64,000 nucleotides of DNA from Antedon mediterranea (lineage: Eukaryota; Animalia; Echinodermata): assembly GCF_964355755.1 (NCBI RefSeq), contig NC_092671.1, positions 23,882,070 through 23,946,069 on the forward strand, given 5' to 3'. The translations under genes were made by a program, and so were the position numbers. This document shows, piece by piece, positions 1-64,000 of the stretch. Each line of letters starts with the position of its first letter. Position 1 is the first letter of the stretch. A model generated the notes under the pieces. The model searched no databases, was not told where the DNA came from, and saw nothing but the letters and a program-made list of their open reading frames with translations.

Positions 1-5
1 ATTGA

Positions 6-668
6 ACTAGAAAGCCACTCCGAGAGGGCATACCTCCGCCTACTGTAAAATTCTCCTACATAAAATTTCTCCGGTAAAAAAAAAATATATATATATTTGT
101 GTGTGTCTTAATGCTGTTTGTGATTTAGGCTAATTTCATTACAAGCATTTGTATGCGCGAGTTTGGTGTAATGGTTATGTAACAAGCCTTTCAATTCGAC
201 TAACAATAGAACAGCAACGCGAAAATCAAACGAGTGAATTTGAAAAGAAATAGGTTTTTTAAACTACTCGCATCAAAAAACGTGCACATTAAATCAAATT
301 ATGTTTTAAAATTACAAATCGCAAATTATAACTCTTGCCTCTTGTTAAAAAATGAAGTTTTTTGGACAAGTAGTTCTCGAGAAAATGCAATTTCAGTTTA
401 CTTGTTACTTTAAGACTGCTCGCCGGCTTTTGAAAAATTCTGTCCTATCTTTTAACACAAGCAGGTCTGAAAAGTATACTAAAAAGTGGTCCAGAATTGG
501 GACAATGGTCCCAAAATTTAATGGAATGGTCCTTGACCACATATCTATCTGTATATTCATTTTGGTAAAGATCTTGTAATTACTTTTTGAGTAATCCTGC
601 TAACAAACAAACAAACAAACAAACAAACACACGCTACCGATTACATATACCTCCTTGGCGGAGGTAAA
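6..668 (+). mobile_element. HINE/DINE-1-like (Helentron-associated) non-autonomous element
   Basis: Begins AACTAG; subterminal IR TACCTCCGCC (31-40) pairs with GGCGGAGGTA (657-666); (AAAC)n microsatellite; 3' stem-loop TACCTCC-TTGGC-GGAGGTA; A-run flank. Confidence 0.75.
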
Positions 669-680
669 AAATGTGCTTAC

Positions 681-63894
<63,214 letters not shown>

Positions 63895-64000
63895 CTTGAA
63901 AAAAAGAAAAGTATTTGAAATAATACTATTAATATTGTGATACTGTCTTTATAAGTTATAGTTAATAATATTGTCATTATATCTGTTTAATTTATATGTT

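Overview
AT-rich metazoan genomic DNA, probably an invertebrate deuterostome such as an echinoderm (inferred from domain content and SINE type). The whole window lies inside one giant, intron-rich minus-strand gene. Reading splice sites by hand gave 86 GT-AG exons (63894 down to 681, 15,765 nt, about 5,255 aa) whose phases join into one open frame; start and stop lie outside the window. Domain order N to C: at least 9 FAMeT-like (Methyltransf_FA) domains separated by 24-33 nt micro-exon linkers; VWD(GDPH)-C8-TIL-EGF; 3 EGF; 3 C-type lectin; 4 EGF; 7 tandem CASPR/neurexin-IV-type fibrinogen-like domains; 3 EGF; VWD(GDPH)-C8-TIL-EGF; at least 19 calcium-binding EGF. The FAMeT/VWD-GDPH/C8/TIL/EGF content recalls sea star footprint adhesive protein Sfp1, but I do not recognise this full architecture. 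The introns contain a deleted Gypsy LTR element with TSD, LINE fragments, Nin/Deu-type tRNA SINEs, a 5S-derived SINE candidate, HINE/Helentron-like elements, MITEs and minisatellites. Coordinates are hand-counted and may be off by a few bases.
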